DNA from: Octopus bimaculoides
Taxonomy: Eukaryota
Direction: 5' to 3'
NCBI RefSeq assembly: GCF_001194135.2
Contig: NC_068999.1
Location: forward strand, 55,095,214 to 55,130,024
DNA: 34,811 nt
Below are positions 1-11,627 of the stretch, one piece after another; within the stretch, counting starts at the first letter, position 1; the number at the start of each line of letters is the position of its first letter. The notes beneath the pieces were generated by a model. That model saw only the letters and a program-made list of their open reading frames with translations, searched no databases and was not told the DNA's origin. The position numbers were made by a program, and so were the translations under genes.

Positions 1-141
1 ATGTTGCCGTGGGCTCGAACTCTGCAAGAAGTTAAAAATTTTTTTTTTTACTAAAACACAACTGGAACCCTAAGTAAGGCATGTGTAAAATTTGAATGAA
101 ATTGGTTGCGTAGTTCTCGAGTTTTAGGGATTCACACACAC

Positions 142-192
<51 letters not shown>

Positions 193-219
193 CACATTCT
201 CATTTTTATATATATAGAT
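1..219 (+). mobile_element. 3' part of a microsatellite-bearing non-autonomous element (Helitron/Lep1-like architecture) containing (CAGA)n
   Basis: TGTAAAATTTGAATGAAATTGGTTGCGTAGTTCTCGAGTT is followed by (CA)n(CAGA)n and ends in TATATATATAGAT. I recognise this layout from CAGA-bearing Helitron-like repeats; the family assignment is by recollection only. Confidence 0.4.
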
Positions 220-493
220 GACATCTCTAACAGAGATTATAATGATACAATTTATGATAGCACAAAAGAGAGAAGAGCATGTAAATTGAGGTAATTTATG
301 AAAAAACAAACACAAGGATTGTGAAATATTAAATTAAAGTGTACACAATGCATATATACAAAAGAATATGAATCAAAATCAGTAAACCTAATACACAAAT
401 TCTTACAAATTGTATTTTTTCTAAAAAAGACAGCTGAAGCAGTAGTAGTAAATTTGAGTAGCCATCTTGTCACAGCTGTAGTAATATGATATA

Positions 494-1188
494 CTGGGTT
501 GTCCAGAAAGACCGTGCTGATTTTTAAAGGAAAGAAAAAGGTCAATAAATACTTGCCATTACATTTTTAATCAACCAAATATGAACCATTTTGTTGCACA
601 ATGCGTCTCCATCTTTCCTTTAACTTGAAAATACCCTCTTCCCAGAATTGAGGTGGTTTCGTGGCAAAGAATTCATCAAGGTATCTTTTTACGTCATCCA
701 AGGAATTGAAATTTTTACCATTAAGACTATTCTGTAGAGACCCGAATAAGTGGAAATCCGAAGGAGCAATATCTGGTGAATATGGAGGGTGGGGTAACAC
801 ATCCCAGCCTAGCTGCAGCAATTTTTGTCCGGTTCCCAAAGAAACGTGTGATCTTTCATTATCATGTTGGAAAACAACACCCTTCCTGTTGGCCAATTCT
901 GGACGTTTCTCTTGAATTGCTGCTTTTAACTCATCCAATTGTGTGCAATATTTCTCAGAATTAATTGTCTGGTTACATGGGAGAAGCTCATAGTACAGAA
1001 TTCCTTTCCAATCCCACCAGACACAAAGCAAGACTTTTTTAGGGTGAAGACCAGCTTTTGGGGTGGCTAAGGGTGGCTCATGTCACTTACTCCAGGATCG
1101 CTTTCTCTGAACATCTTGGTAGATAATCCATTTCTCGTTGCCTGTCACAATTTGCTTTAAAAAACGTGTGTTTTCATTCCGTTTATAA
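494..1188 (-). mobile_element. mariner (DD34D-type) DNA transposon, 3' half, degenerate transposase
   Basis: The translation contains FLKQIVTGNEKW (TGDEKW motif with D>N), KKVLLCVWW, HDNE (HDNA-like) and HPPYSPDIAPSDFHLF. A TIR-like end CTGGGTTGTCCAGAAAG follows TA at 492-493. A stop/frameshift lies near 1083. Confidence 0.93.
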
Positions 1189-2848
1189 CTTGTCAAGCCT
1201 GCTATGATAGCTTGTGCAAATGAGGTTCTGGGAAAAGAGGCTGCATCTCTGAGTACAATTCCACTTTCAAAGAACACAATTACAAGAGGACAGGATGAAA
1301 TGTTTAATTTTGTTGAGGAGAAGATTGTAGAAATTCTCCAAAAGACAAATTTTACCATCCAGGTTGATGATAGCACAATTCACAACTAAGCTATCCTTCT
1401 GGTCTATGTCAGATTCATCCATGAAGATGATATAAGGGAAGAAATGCTATTCATTAAAAGTTTGTCTGAAACTACTAATGGAGAAGATATATTCAATGAA
1501 GTAATGCAGTATTTTAATGATAAAAATATTCCATTGACTAATTTGATCAACATTACATCAGATGGAGCTGCAACTATGACTGGAAAAGTGAAAGGCTTTG
1601 TTTCTAGAATGAAATCAGTTGCACATTTTTTATATACATTGCATTATCCACAGACAGCATTTGGTTGCTAAGAATATTGGAGGACACGTAGAAGAAGCAC
1701 TCAACACTGCTATACATGCAATGAACTTTGTCGAATCAAACTCAGTAAATAATAGATACTTTTATACAATTCTGTGAAGATGAAGATTTTAAAACCTTAT
1801 TGCTTCACACAGAAGTAAGATGGTTGTCAAAAGGCCTGAGCCTTGAAAGACTAGTGAATTGGTGGGAACCATTAATCAACTTTCTCATGTTCAAGAGTCA
1901 GATGGCTCATTACAACTCCAAGAAGCAAGCTGATACAGCTAAGAAAAGTTTGGAAAGACTTTCTGAGTTTAAATAAAAAATATTCTACTTGAATGATTTT
2001 TTAAAACAGTGAATCTGCTAAAGTAGAAAATCAGATTTGGTCACCTGTTCTCAGAAGATAAAACGGTATATGGAGAAATTAAAATTTTGGAAAAAACAGT
2101 TGGAAAAAAAAAAAAAATTTGGCATCATTTCAAAATTTTAACACCACTGTTCCTACATCAGAATGCATTGCTGCATGCATTACCCATCTTGAAGGTCTTC
2201 ATGAAGACTTTGAGAGAAGATACAATGATTTATTAAAGATGGATTATCCACTGTGGTTTGTAGACCTAGATGAAAATGTGGTTTGTAGACCAGGAGATGA
2301 AAATTTTGAGTTGGTTGAAATGTTATTGGATTTGAAAGAGAATATGAAACTGAGAAGAAGAGTTGCAAAAGGTGTCTTTGCCTACATATCGATAAAGGAA
2401 TCACACCCAAATATTTTTCAACATGTAGAAGCGAGTAACATTTCTTTCCCTACCACATGGATGGGGAAATCTGCATTTTCAGCTGTTGTAGATATTTTAA
2501 GTAGAAAAAGAAATAAATTAGATGTCAACAGCAGAGGAACTATCAGACTAATGAGTTCATTAAAATTGATTATATCTTGTGTCAGAAACACCAATATCAA
2601 GCTAGTCACTAGCTGAATGGACTAAAAATGAACGACTTTATGAAAAATGATTTTGATATCCTGTGTTTATCTTTGTTTACTCAAATAAATTTTAAATTTT
2701 ATCTTTTGTTTGCTAAAATAAATTTTAAAGTGTAAATAGACTATTTTATCTTTTCATTAAGTATTTTAGTGTGAAAATAGAACAGCATAAAGTAAAAGTA
2801 GAGTTGGTCCCTTGAAACTTTTTCAAGTAAAAAATGGTCCCTGGGCTG
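1189..2848 (+). mobile_element. hAT (Buster/Charlie, ZBED5/SCAND3-like) transposase remnant with 3' subterminal sequence
   Basis: Frameshifted segments read IPLSKNTITR, IQVDDST, SDGAATMTG, HCIIHRQHL, HTEVRWLSKG and FPTTWMGKSAFSAV (dimerization-domain-like). Subterminal GGTCCC repeats lie at about 2806-2842. Confidence 0.9.
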
Positions 2849-2849
2849 G

Positions 2850-3950
2850 TAGTTGATAGTTTCTCTAAATGGCCAGAAATTTGTAAGTGTAAAAACCAAC
2901 CTCCTCAACTGTGACAAATTTTTTACATGAGCTGTTTGTGAGATTTGGCATCCCGGACACTATAGCATCTGACGATGGAACATAATTTGGGTCTTGAATT
3001 TAAAAAGTTCTGTAAAACATTCACTGTAGAATATGTAACTATGGCGCCATACCATCCCAGGTCTAAAAGACAAGCAGAACACTTTGTTGATATATTCAAG
3101 AAAGCCCTAAGAAAGTCAAATAAGGAAGTCACGGATGAGGTAGCTCTACAACAGTTCTTAAGAGTATACCGTCTGACATCAAATCCAAATGCACCTGCAA
3201 GTATGTTACCAGTGGAGCTGATATTTGTGAGGAAAATAAAATCAGTCTTTGACAAATTGCTACCTGGCAAGAAAAAAATTGCAATGGAAAATACAGCAAG
3301 ATTTTTCAAAATTGGTGAAAAGGTATTTGTGATGGCATATAAGAATGGAAAACAGAGTTGGGAAGATGGCGTGATGACCAAATGCATAGGAAAAATGCTA
3401 TACTTGGCAAAAAGTAGAAAAGCCATATACAAAAGATGCATTAACCAACTGAAAAAATGATTTGTTGAGAGCAAACCCAAAAGAATGGAAGAACCAATGG
3501 AATGATTATATGATACTTTTCAAGTATCAACGCCACTACAGTTGATTGAACCCAAGTGCACAAGTGTAAGAAAAAGAAAATGTATGGAATTCCTGGAAGT
3601 AGATGTCAAATGGAAAAAATATTATATGTGTAACAAAGGAAAAAAAAAACTCAAAAAAGGGAGGTGGGGTGATCTAAAACATATTGCTATTAAAAGAAAT
3701 AAAATGACTTTCCCTAAGAAAAAAGAACTTAAAAAAGGGGAGATGCTGTGGGGATGATAGTAATAATGGTATACCCCTCCCATATGACAAGTTGTATGTG
3801 ATAGTCACTATAAATAAGGTGATGTCGGTCAGTATAAAGAGAGAGTACAAAATAGATGGTCATAGATAGTTGTGGTCTTACTTGCCTTGCTAACTATACA
3901 ACTATACCAGAGTGGGTGTTATAACAATCCAGAGATTAAGGATTACAACA
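2850..3950 (+). mobile_element. Ty3/Gypsy LTR retrotransposon 3' fragment (integrase, PPT, 3' LTR)
   Basis: Integrase core FGIPDTIASDDG...APYHPRS..QAEHFV is present. The polypurine tract AAAAAAGGGGAGA (3731-3743) directly precedes TGCTGT at 3744. Confidence 0.88.
3744..3950 (+). repeat. 3' LTR of the Gypsy element (about 207 bp)
   Basis: It starts TGCTGT straight after the PPT and ends ACAACA at 3950 (TG...CA, imperfect 6-bp inverted termini). Confidence 0.7.
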
Positions 3951-4015
3951 GGTTTCAAACCTGAAAAGAGAAGGGAACCATATGCAAACCCCAGCCATTA
4001 ACAGGGTAGCATAAG

Positions 4016-4133
<118 letters not shown>

Positions 4134-4339
4134 GGGCTTTAAGTGTCACCTAACAGGCATAAAGTAGAATTATCCATATAGTCCAATACAAAATTTATGA
4201 GATGGGTTGGCAATGAAGGCTTTTCATACTGAGTTGAGAAATGAATGAGAAGTCAAAGTTCTTGTAGCTTTCTTGAAAAGTTTGGTTTGAATTCTCTTTT
4301 TGTCTTCATATATCTCTCAGTAATTACATATTACTTTTA

Positions 4340-4500
4340 TTTTTTACTTGTTCCACTCATTAGACTGTGGTCATGTTGGGACACCGTCTTGAAAGGTTTA
4401 GTCTAACAAATCAACCCCAGAACTTACTTATAAGTCTGATGCTTATTCTATCAGTCTCTTTTGCCAAACTGCTAAGTTGTCATTAGTGGCGTGGGATAGA
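4340..4500 (-). mobile_element. partial tRNA-derived SINE (3' body)
   Basis: It aligns by eye with the longer copy at 24345-24728 (TTTACTTGTT...CTTGAA.GGTTT...TTATTCTATCAGTCTCTTTT). Confidence 0.7.
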
Positions 4501-4883
4501 TACAAACACACACACACACACACACACCAACATGTATGTATGTATATATGCATGTATATATGCATGTATGTATGAATGTATGTATGTATATATGTATATA
4601 TTATGTGTGTATTTGTGTGTGTAATAAATTTTATCACCCAACATACTAAAAGTATCATACTATTTGCTGTTTGTTTATGACAGAGCTAACAGTATTTAAG
4701 AGGATTTTAAAATTTAAAGTATGACATCTGTTGTATTTGAATAGTTTATGCAGAGTGACTTCACCTGTTCTGTGAATATTGATAAAATGGCCCATCATAG
4801 AAGTACTAAGAAACCTGCTGCAAGTATATGTCTGCCATAAGAAAAGGTTATCTTCAGATCCAAGTTGGCCACCACCAAATATA

Positions 4884-5300
4884 TAAGATGGTATCAAAAA
4901 GTTCCTGGGCTAGTTATATTTAATGCAAAAATTACTTGTTTACCAAAGTTTTATCATCATCTCCTTGTGTAGCAATACACTGGTTCTAGCATTTCTACCA
5001 CTTTTGGAATCCAACCTGGAAGTCATTTTCTGTTAGCAAGCCAAGGATCTTCTGTGATTTGCTCTGGATCATAACAATGGTGTTAGACCAACAACAACCT
5101 TTGAGCTGCATTTTTGTCTTGTGGAAGAGGTGGAAGTCCACAGGTGCTAAATCTGGTGAATAAGGCAGGTGCAGAAGTGATACCATGTTGTTTTTAGTGA
5201 GATACTCATGAGTAAGGTGAGCTCAATGAAGAATCTAATTCATCGTGCTCCACAGATCTGGTTGCTTTTGCCAAATGTCCTCCCTCAAACGCTTCAATGA
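4884..5300 (-). mobile_element. second mariner transposon 3' remnant
   Basis: The translation shows LKRLREDIWQKQPDLW and PYSPDLAPVDFHLF. A TIR-like GGTATCAAAAAGTTCC end lies at about 4890. Confidence 0.85.
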
Positions 5301-5345
5301 AAAAGTACAAGGAGACAACAATCATCTGTGAAGATGAGCTCTTAC

Positions 5346-5456
5346 TATGTATGTATGTATGTATGTATGTATGTATGTATGGATGGATGGATGTATGTAT
5401 GGATGTATGTATGGATGTATGTATGTATGTATGGATGTATGTATGGATGTATGTAT
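5346..5456. repeat. (TATG)n/(GATG)n microsatellite
   Basis: Directly visible. Confidence 0.95.
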
Positions 5457-5697
5457 GCAGGCATGGATAGACTGTTAAATGAAAGTATCATTTCAGTCAC
5501 CTGTTCAGTTGTTTATATACAGAGTTTACAGGTTTATTCATGACTCACCTGTGCCTCATTCGTTACTTAAAAAGGAAATATTCATACACCATACCTCATG
5601 TTTTTAACAATATCCACATGTTGTGGTGAGAGTCATTGACACCATGGGGGATTGGAAGAATGGACTAGATGAACTCTTATAAAGAGTAGAGTATAGC

Positions 5698-6925
5698 TTT
5701 GTTAAGCTCTACCCAAACAAACTAGTAGAGACGAGAATACATTTATCAAAGGTTTATTACTTTGTTAAGCTAAATGCAAACAAACTAGTAGAGACGAGAA
5801 TACATTTATCAAAGGTTTATTACTTTGTTAAGCTAAATGCAAACAAACTAGTAGAGACGAGAATACGTTTATCAAAGGTTTATTACTTTGTTAAGCTCTA
5901 CGCAAACGAACTAGTAGAGACGAGAATACATTTATCAAAGGTTTATTACTTTGTTAAGCTATATGCAAACGAACTAGTAGAGACGAGANNNNNNNNNNNN
6001 NNNNNNNNNNNNNNNNNNNNNNNNNNNNNNNNNNNNNNNNNNNNNNNNNNNNNNNNNNNNNNNNNNNNNNNNNNNNNNNNNNNNNNNNNNNNNNNNNNNN
6101 NNNNNNNNNNNNNNNNNNNNNNNNNNNNNNNNNNNNNNNNNNNNNNNNNNNNNNNNNNNNNNNNNNNNNNNNNNNNNNNNNNNNNNNNNNNNNNNNNNNN
6201 NNNNNNNNNNNNNNNNNNNNNNNNNNNNNNNNNNNNNNNNNNNNNNNNNNNNNNNNNNNNNNNNNNNNNNNNNNNNNNNNNNNNNNNNNNNNNNNNNNNN
6301 NNNNNNNNNNNNNNNNNNNNNNNNNNNNNNNNNNNNNNNNNNNNNNNNNNNNNNNNNNNNNNNNNNNNNNNNNNNNNNNNNNNNNNNNNNNNNNNNNNNN
6401 NNNNNNNNNNNNNNNNNNNNNNNNNNNNNNNNNNNNNNNNNNNNNNNNNNNNNNNNNNNNNNNNNNNNNNNNNNNNNNNNNNNNNNNNNNNNNNNNNNNN
6501 NNNNNNNNNNNNNNNNNNNNNNNNNNNNNNNNNNNNNNNNNNNNNNNNNNNNNNNNNNNNNNNNNNNNNNNNNNNNNNNNNNNNNNNNNNNNNNNNNNNN
6601 NNNNNNNNNNNNNNNNNNNNNNNNNNNNNNNNNNNNNNNNNNNNNNNNNNNNNNNNNNNNNNNNNNNNNNNNNNNNNNNNNNNNNNNNNNNNNNNNNNNN
6701 NNNNNNNNNNNCATTTATCAAAGGTTTATTACTTTGTTAAGCTCTACGCAAACAAACTAGTAGAGACGAGAATACATTTATCAAAGGTTTATTACTTTGT
6801 TAAGCTCTACGCAAACAAACTAGTAGAGACGAGAATACATTTATCAAAGGTTTATTACTTTGTTAAGCTATATGCAAACAAACTAGTAGAGACGAGAATA
6901 CATTTATCAAAGGTTTATTACTTTA
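5698..6925. repeat. 63-bp minisatellite array spanning an assembly gap (N 5989-6711)
   Basis: The unit GTTAAGCTCTACGCAAACAAACTAGTAGAGACGAGAATACATTTATCAAAGGTTTATTACTTT starts at 5701, 5764, 5827, 5890, 5953 and at 6736, 6799, 6862. Confidence 0.97.
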
Positions 6926-8205
6926 TGTACATCAGGGCTTAAGTCACCAGTTATTTCTGTTTAGTTCATTCAGATTTGTTTCACACTCAATGTTGACATT
7001 CTTCTGTTTTTCTTCTAGCAGAAGTTCCTTTTCTGCTGCTGACCAACTTCCTTGCTAGCCCACAGCGAAGTTTCTGTCTAAGGTTCCTCTGTCATGAATT
7101 CTGCCCTACATAGCCCCACCCCAGAACTGTTGACTGTCATTGAAAACAGGAAGGTGTTTTAATTGTCCTGCCCATGCGTATAGTAATTCGATTCTTTAGT
7201 GACTGTTCTTTGTCAAGGGTTGGTGTGATCTGTCTAGGACGGCCCTGTTTGATGGCTGAGCCACTTGAACAGATGGGCCAGTTTCAATCTATCGATGGAG
7301 ACTGTGTCTTGTCGTCTGCCAATTAGGAGTTAGAATGATTTATCTCCCGGACGTATGACTTGATATGGACCATTGTAGGGTGACTGGAGAGGTTTTCGTC
7401 GTGTGTCACATTGAATGAACACAAAGTTAGCTGTGTGGAGGTCATTTGGTACAGATGATCTGGGTGTACTGTGTGTTGACATGAGAACAGGGCGCAACTG
7501 GCCCACACTGTCTCTCAGTTGAGCGAGGTACCTTTTGACATTTGGGTCTGACTTCATATTCGGAAGGAACTCTCCTGGCACTGTAAGAGGAGCACTGTAC
7601 ATAATTTCCATGAAGGAAGTGTTGAGAGTTTCTTTTGGAGTGGTGCGGATTCCCAGCATCACCCATGGGAATTGGTCAATCCAATTTCGCCTGTTAAGTC
7701 TGGTTGTCAGGGATTCCTTCAGGCGGTGGTCAAATCTCTCCACTAATCCATTAGCTTGTGAATGGTAGGCTGTTGTGTGGTTCATTGTGATTCCGAAAAG
7801 GTCACACATGTCATTCCACAGCTTTGAGGTGAATTGTGGACCCCAATTGGATGAGATGCTATCTGGAACACCAAAATGGGTGACCCAGTTTGTGATGAAG
7901 GCTCAGCTGACTTCTTGTGTTTCTGTACTGTGGAGAGGGATAGCTTCAGGCCAACGGGTGTAGCGGTCTACCAAGGTCAGTAGATACGAGCAACTCTGTG
8001 AAGGTGGTAGGGGGCCGACAAGGTCAATGTTAACATGGCTGAATCAGGTCTGAGGTGGTTCATAGTTGCCAAGGGGTGCTTTGGTGTGTTGATAGACCTT
8101 GGCTTGTTGACAGGGGATGCAGAACCTGGTCCAGTCCCCAATTTGCTTGGCCATACCATGCCAGATAAATTTGCTTGGCAGCAGCCACTGTGTAGCTTTA
8201 GTACC
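6926..8205 (-). mobile_element. Ty3/Gypsy LTR retrotransposon 3' fragment (integrase, PPT, 3' LTR 6926-7110)
   Basis: Integrase motifs include CIPCQQAK (Zn finger CC), IDLVGPLP, LTLVDRYTRWPEAIP, TTAYHSQANGLVERF and the GPY/F motif PLQSPYNGPYQV. PPT GGGGTGGGGC (7122-7113) precedes an LTR with TGTA...TACA termini. Confidence 0.92.
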
Positions 8206-8224
8206 TTTAGTGAAAATGACTGGC

Positions 8225-8283
8225 AGTCAAATTACCGGAAGTCAAAATATCAGGAGTCAAATTACCAGAAGTCAAATTACCCA
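8225..8283. repeat. 15-bp tandem repeat AGTCAAATTACCRGA x4
   Basis: Units start at 8225, 8240, 8255 and 8270. Confidence 0.9.
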
Positions 8284-8543
8284 CTACTGTATGTATGTAT
8301 GTATGTATGTATGCATGTATGTATGTATGTATATATAAATAGATGTGTGTATTTTTTCCCTTGTTAACAATTAACATGGAAAAAATAGATAAATAGTTAC
8401 TAGGGAAGCAAAAAATCACACAAGTAAAAAGGGTGTAACTCCTTGTTTTTAAAGGTAGAAACTCTGGGTTTATGTGAAATATTTTGTATAATATATATAA
8501 ATAAATAAATGGAGTTAAACGCAGGTGTTATTCAAATTCTTTT

Positions 8544-8632
8544 ACTTCCAACACATGTTTCGAAGATATCACTGGTATTATTCCAAAGGAATAAAATGGT
8601 GTAAAACAATGTAATCTTCTCTTCAGGGAAAT
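8544..8632 (-). ncRNA. minimal type I hammerhead ribozyme motif (Penelope-type)
   Basis: The minus strand reads AUUUCC-CUGAAGA-GAAGAU(46 nt)AUCUUC-GAAA-C-AUGU-G-UU-GGAAGU. It has the full catalytic core, a 6-bp stem I, a 6-bp stem II and a palindromic ACAUGU in stem/loop III. Confidence 0.75.
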
Positions 8633-8729
8633 GAAGAAATGAAACTTGTCAATAAGACATTTTAACAGAAAATGATGGAAATATATAGTGATTAACTGAA
8701 CGCTATTAAGTTTTTTTTAAAAAAAACAT

Positions 8730-9060
8730 TAGCATTTGGCTTGGTTTCTGATTTGGTCTGGTTTCCACAGCTGGATGCCCTTCCTAATGCCAACCACTTG
8801 ACAGTGGGTGCTGGGTGCTTTTGATCTGGCACTGGCACCAACACATGACTCTTGCAGGCCAATCCTCTTCAGCAGGGGATGTGGCATTAACGCTTCTGCT
8901 GTGCAGGACAGATCTTCTCGAGTACAGTAAAGTGCCAGGTATCTGAGTCCTTTGTCATCTCGTCTGAAAGGTTCAGCATTCTTTGTCCCATATCTTCCTG
9001 AGCTTTCCTCTTCCACTGAATGGCACTTCGTTAGGCATCTGTTGCAGCCATCCACATCAG
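8730..9060 (-). mobile_element. RTE-type LINE 3' end remnant
   Basis: It shares GGTTGGCATTAGGAAGGGCATCCAGCTG (minus strand) with 14490-14520, 26170-26195 and 28700-28740. The upstream part resembles the degenerate RT C-terminus. Confidence 0.75.
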
Positions 9061-10510
9061 AATTATCTAAATTTTTCCTTTAAAGAAGGAGCTTATTTCT
9101 AAGAAAGATACATGCAAAGCCCCATCAGACATGTATGTGCATATGTATGTATGTGGTGGTGGTGGTGGTGGTTGTGGTAAGGGTAGTGTTTTCTTTTTTC
9201 TCATGTGGTTGTACTACTAACCATCAATTTATTTCACTATGTGACACAAAGTAGCTGGCACCCACCTTTCAATTTACAAATTCTGGTACAAAATTTGTCT
9301 ATATTAATGAAAACATATATCATTTAATTTAATTTCTAACTTTTATAATATTTGCCTCATCTTCCTTAGTCAAGGGTTTTATATTTCTTTATAGTTTGTT
9401 AATCCCATAAATTATTTTGACATTAATTAGTGTATATGGCCTTTATAATTCATTGTGATTCTTATAAACTCTTTTAACATTTTCTTATTACCTCCAATAA
9501 TTTTGAATTATTTTAGAAGTGATTTAACTATCTGTTGAACCTATCTGATTTTAATTGGTTTGCTTTATTCTAAAAAATATCCCTGTGACAATATGGTTAA
9601 TAGAAATGTTTGGTTTCATGGCTTTTTTTTCCTTCTCTTTTATTCCTGGTCTTTCAGCTTGTAACTTCTTTGTAGCTACATAACTGATCTCTATAAATTT
9701 CAGTATTTAACTAACACAAATTCATAAACTTATATCTTTATGTTGACACAGATTACTGTGCCTAGGATGCACAGTTATTTGTTTATGCCAATAACATCTT
9801 CCTGTCAATGTGTTGACCACTTTCTGTATTTGATTTATCCTATTCTGTGTCTATTTAAGTATTCACAGGATATCATTGCTAGTACTGTAATTATGGCTAT
9901 CTCTAAATATAAATTACTTCTTTCCCTTTTCCTTCCCTCTCATCTGAAATTTCACTAATCTGCAGTAAAATTAGCTCTTTAAGGTTTGGCGATCTCAACT
10001 CTTATTAGAAAGTAATTTCTTTATTAAAAAAACCTTCAGAATAAATTGGGTATCTTGGTCCCCGTTGATAAAATAGGAACCCTTTATCAACAGGATTTTA
10101 ACCTCTAGCATGATATGATTCTGAAAGAATTACACTGGAACTATAAAGTTACTCCTCGATGTAATCTGGATAACATCAACTCTGATGCTTATAAAATAGC
10201 TTATAAACTGAAGTTAGAGGACTGCAACTGAACACCAGGACTAAGGAACCAAGGATCAACTTAAAAAACCACAAGGAAACTTCATGGATAACCCTCCTCA
10301 TAACCGTCATCTTGAAGATATCGAAAAGAAGTCAACTAAATGTCGTTTGTAATATTGAATTCAAAAGGAATATTTATAAAAGGAATAATTATCTCTGTAA
10401 ATTGAAAGATCAAAACTATTCCTTAGTTTAATGTTTATATCTTCAGTTGTCTGTTCCCTATTGAATTTATCTATATTTTATTTTACTTCGTTGTTTATAC
10501 ATATTTCTAA

Positions 10511-10730
10511 CCCTGTAGCATTCAGATTATTCTGTCAAATGCAACACTTCTTTATTCACGTTCTTTTGAGTCCATCCTGCATTATTTCATAGCTTCAAGA
10601 TTTTGATGATGTGATTGTTTATTTTAACAACAACATTGTCAAATAGGTGTGAAAGGCTGGATCTGACTAGTTTGAACATAAAAGAAGTAGAAGATTTTGG
10701 CTGGATATGATTGGTTTTAATGCTAAAGAG
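10511..10730. mobile_element. piggyBac-type MITE
   Basis: TIRs CCCTGTAGCATT / AATGCTAAAGAG are flanked by CTAA (10507-10510) and TTAA (10731-10734), consistent with a mutated TTAA target duplication. Confidence 0.75.
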
Positions 10731-11453
10731 TTAAACACTCTCAATATATATATATTTTTTATTTAATCAAACTACTTTCCTTCTTCTCTTATCCCTTTCT
10801 TATATTTTGCTTACATTAAAGATGATTGAGTCCTTAGACTTAGATCCAACATCTTAATTGATAACATACACATTTATTTATTATTTACATTTATTCTTTA
10901 ATGGCAATACCAATCTAATTTTATTAATTGTCAGTCTTCCATACATTGTATATATAAAGGATGATATTGTATGTATATGCTGGATTGAAGCATTGGTGTA
11001 ACCATGATGGTTTTGCAATCTAAAGAGCTAACCTTCCATATCTAAATTGATTTGTAATTGTAATTGTGCAACTGTACTGTGCAACATATAGGATGCATAT
11101 TGATGCAGATATTTTAAAAAATGTATTATATACTGAAATTATTATTACACGATGAAGACTGTGAAATGGTTGTAGTCCTACAGATATCAAGCAGTTAAAT
11201 AAATATATTCACCTCTCATACCGCCTGACTTTTTATGGTCTATGCACTCTTCATGACATAATTTCATAGAGTGGATCTCCTGGATTTCAGCTGCATAGAA
11301 CTCTACATTATACTCTTTTGTGTTGGAATAGTATGTGGTATGGTAGCCAGGTCCAATAGAGGAGCTTTTCTATGATTGCCACACGATTGTAAGAATCCAT
11401 ATATTGCACTAAAATTTTATATACATAAACACGCATGCACATAAACACACACA

Positions 11454-11627
11454 AGCTAGCAGAATTGTTAGCACACCAGGCAAAATGCTTAGGGGTATTT
11501 GGTATATCAACTGTTCTTACATTCTGAGTTCAAATTCCGCCAAGATTGATTTTACCTTTCATCCTTTTGGGGTCAATAAAATAAGTATCAGTTGAGCACT
11601 GGGATTAGTGTAATCGACTTTACTCCC
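11454..11627 (+). mobile_element. tRNA-derived SINE
   Basis: A-box-like GCAGAATTGTTAGCA and B-box-like GAGTTCAAATTCC are followed by a CORE-like TTTCATCCTTTTGGGGTCAATAAAATAAGTA segment. Confidence 0.65.

Noticed and set aside
5698-6925. Regular repeat array as CRISPR or as a tandem ribozyme
   Set aside because: The units are contiguous with no unique spacers, the context is eukaryotic, there are no cas genes, and no CUGAnGA/GAAA core with matching stems is present.
11130-11195. Further hammerhead-like traces (11130-11195; also about 10300-10340)
   Set aside because: Only a GACT/AGTC stem or a TGAAGA is present, with no GAAA or stem I in register.
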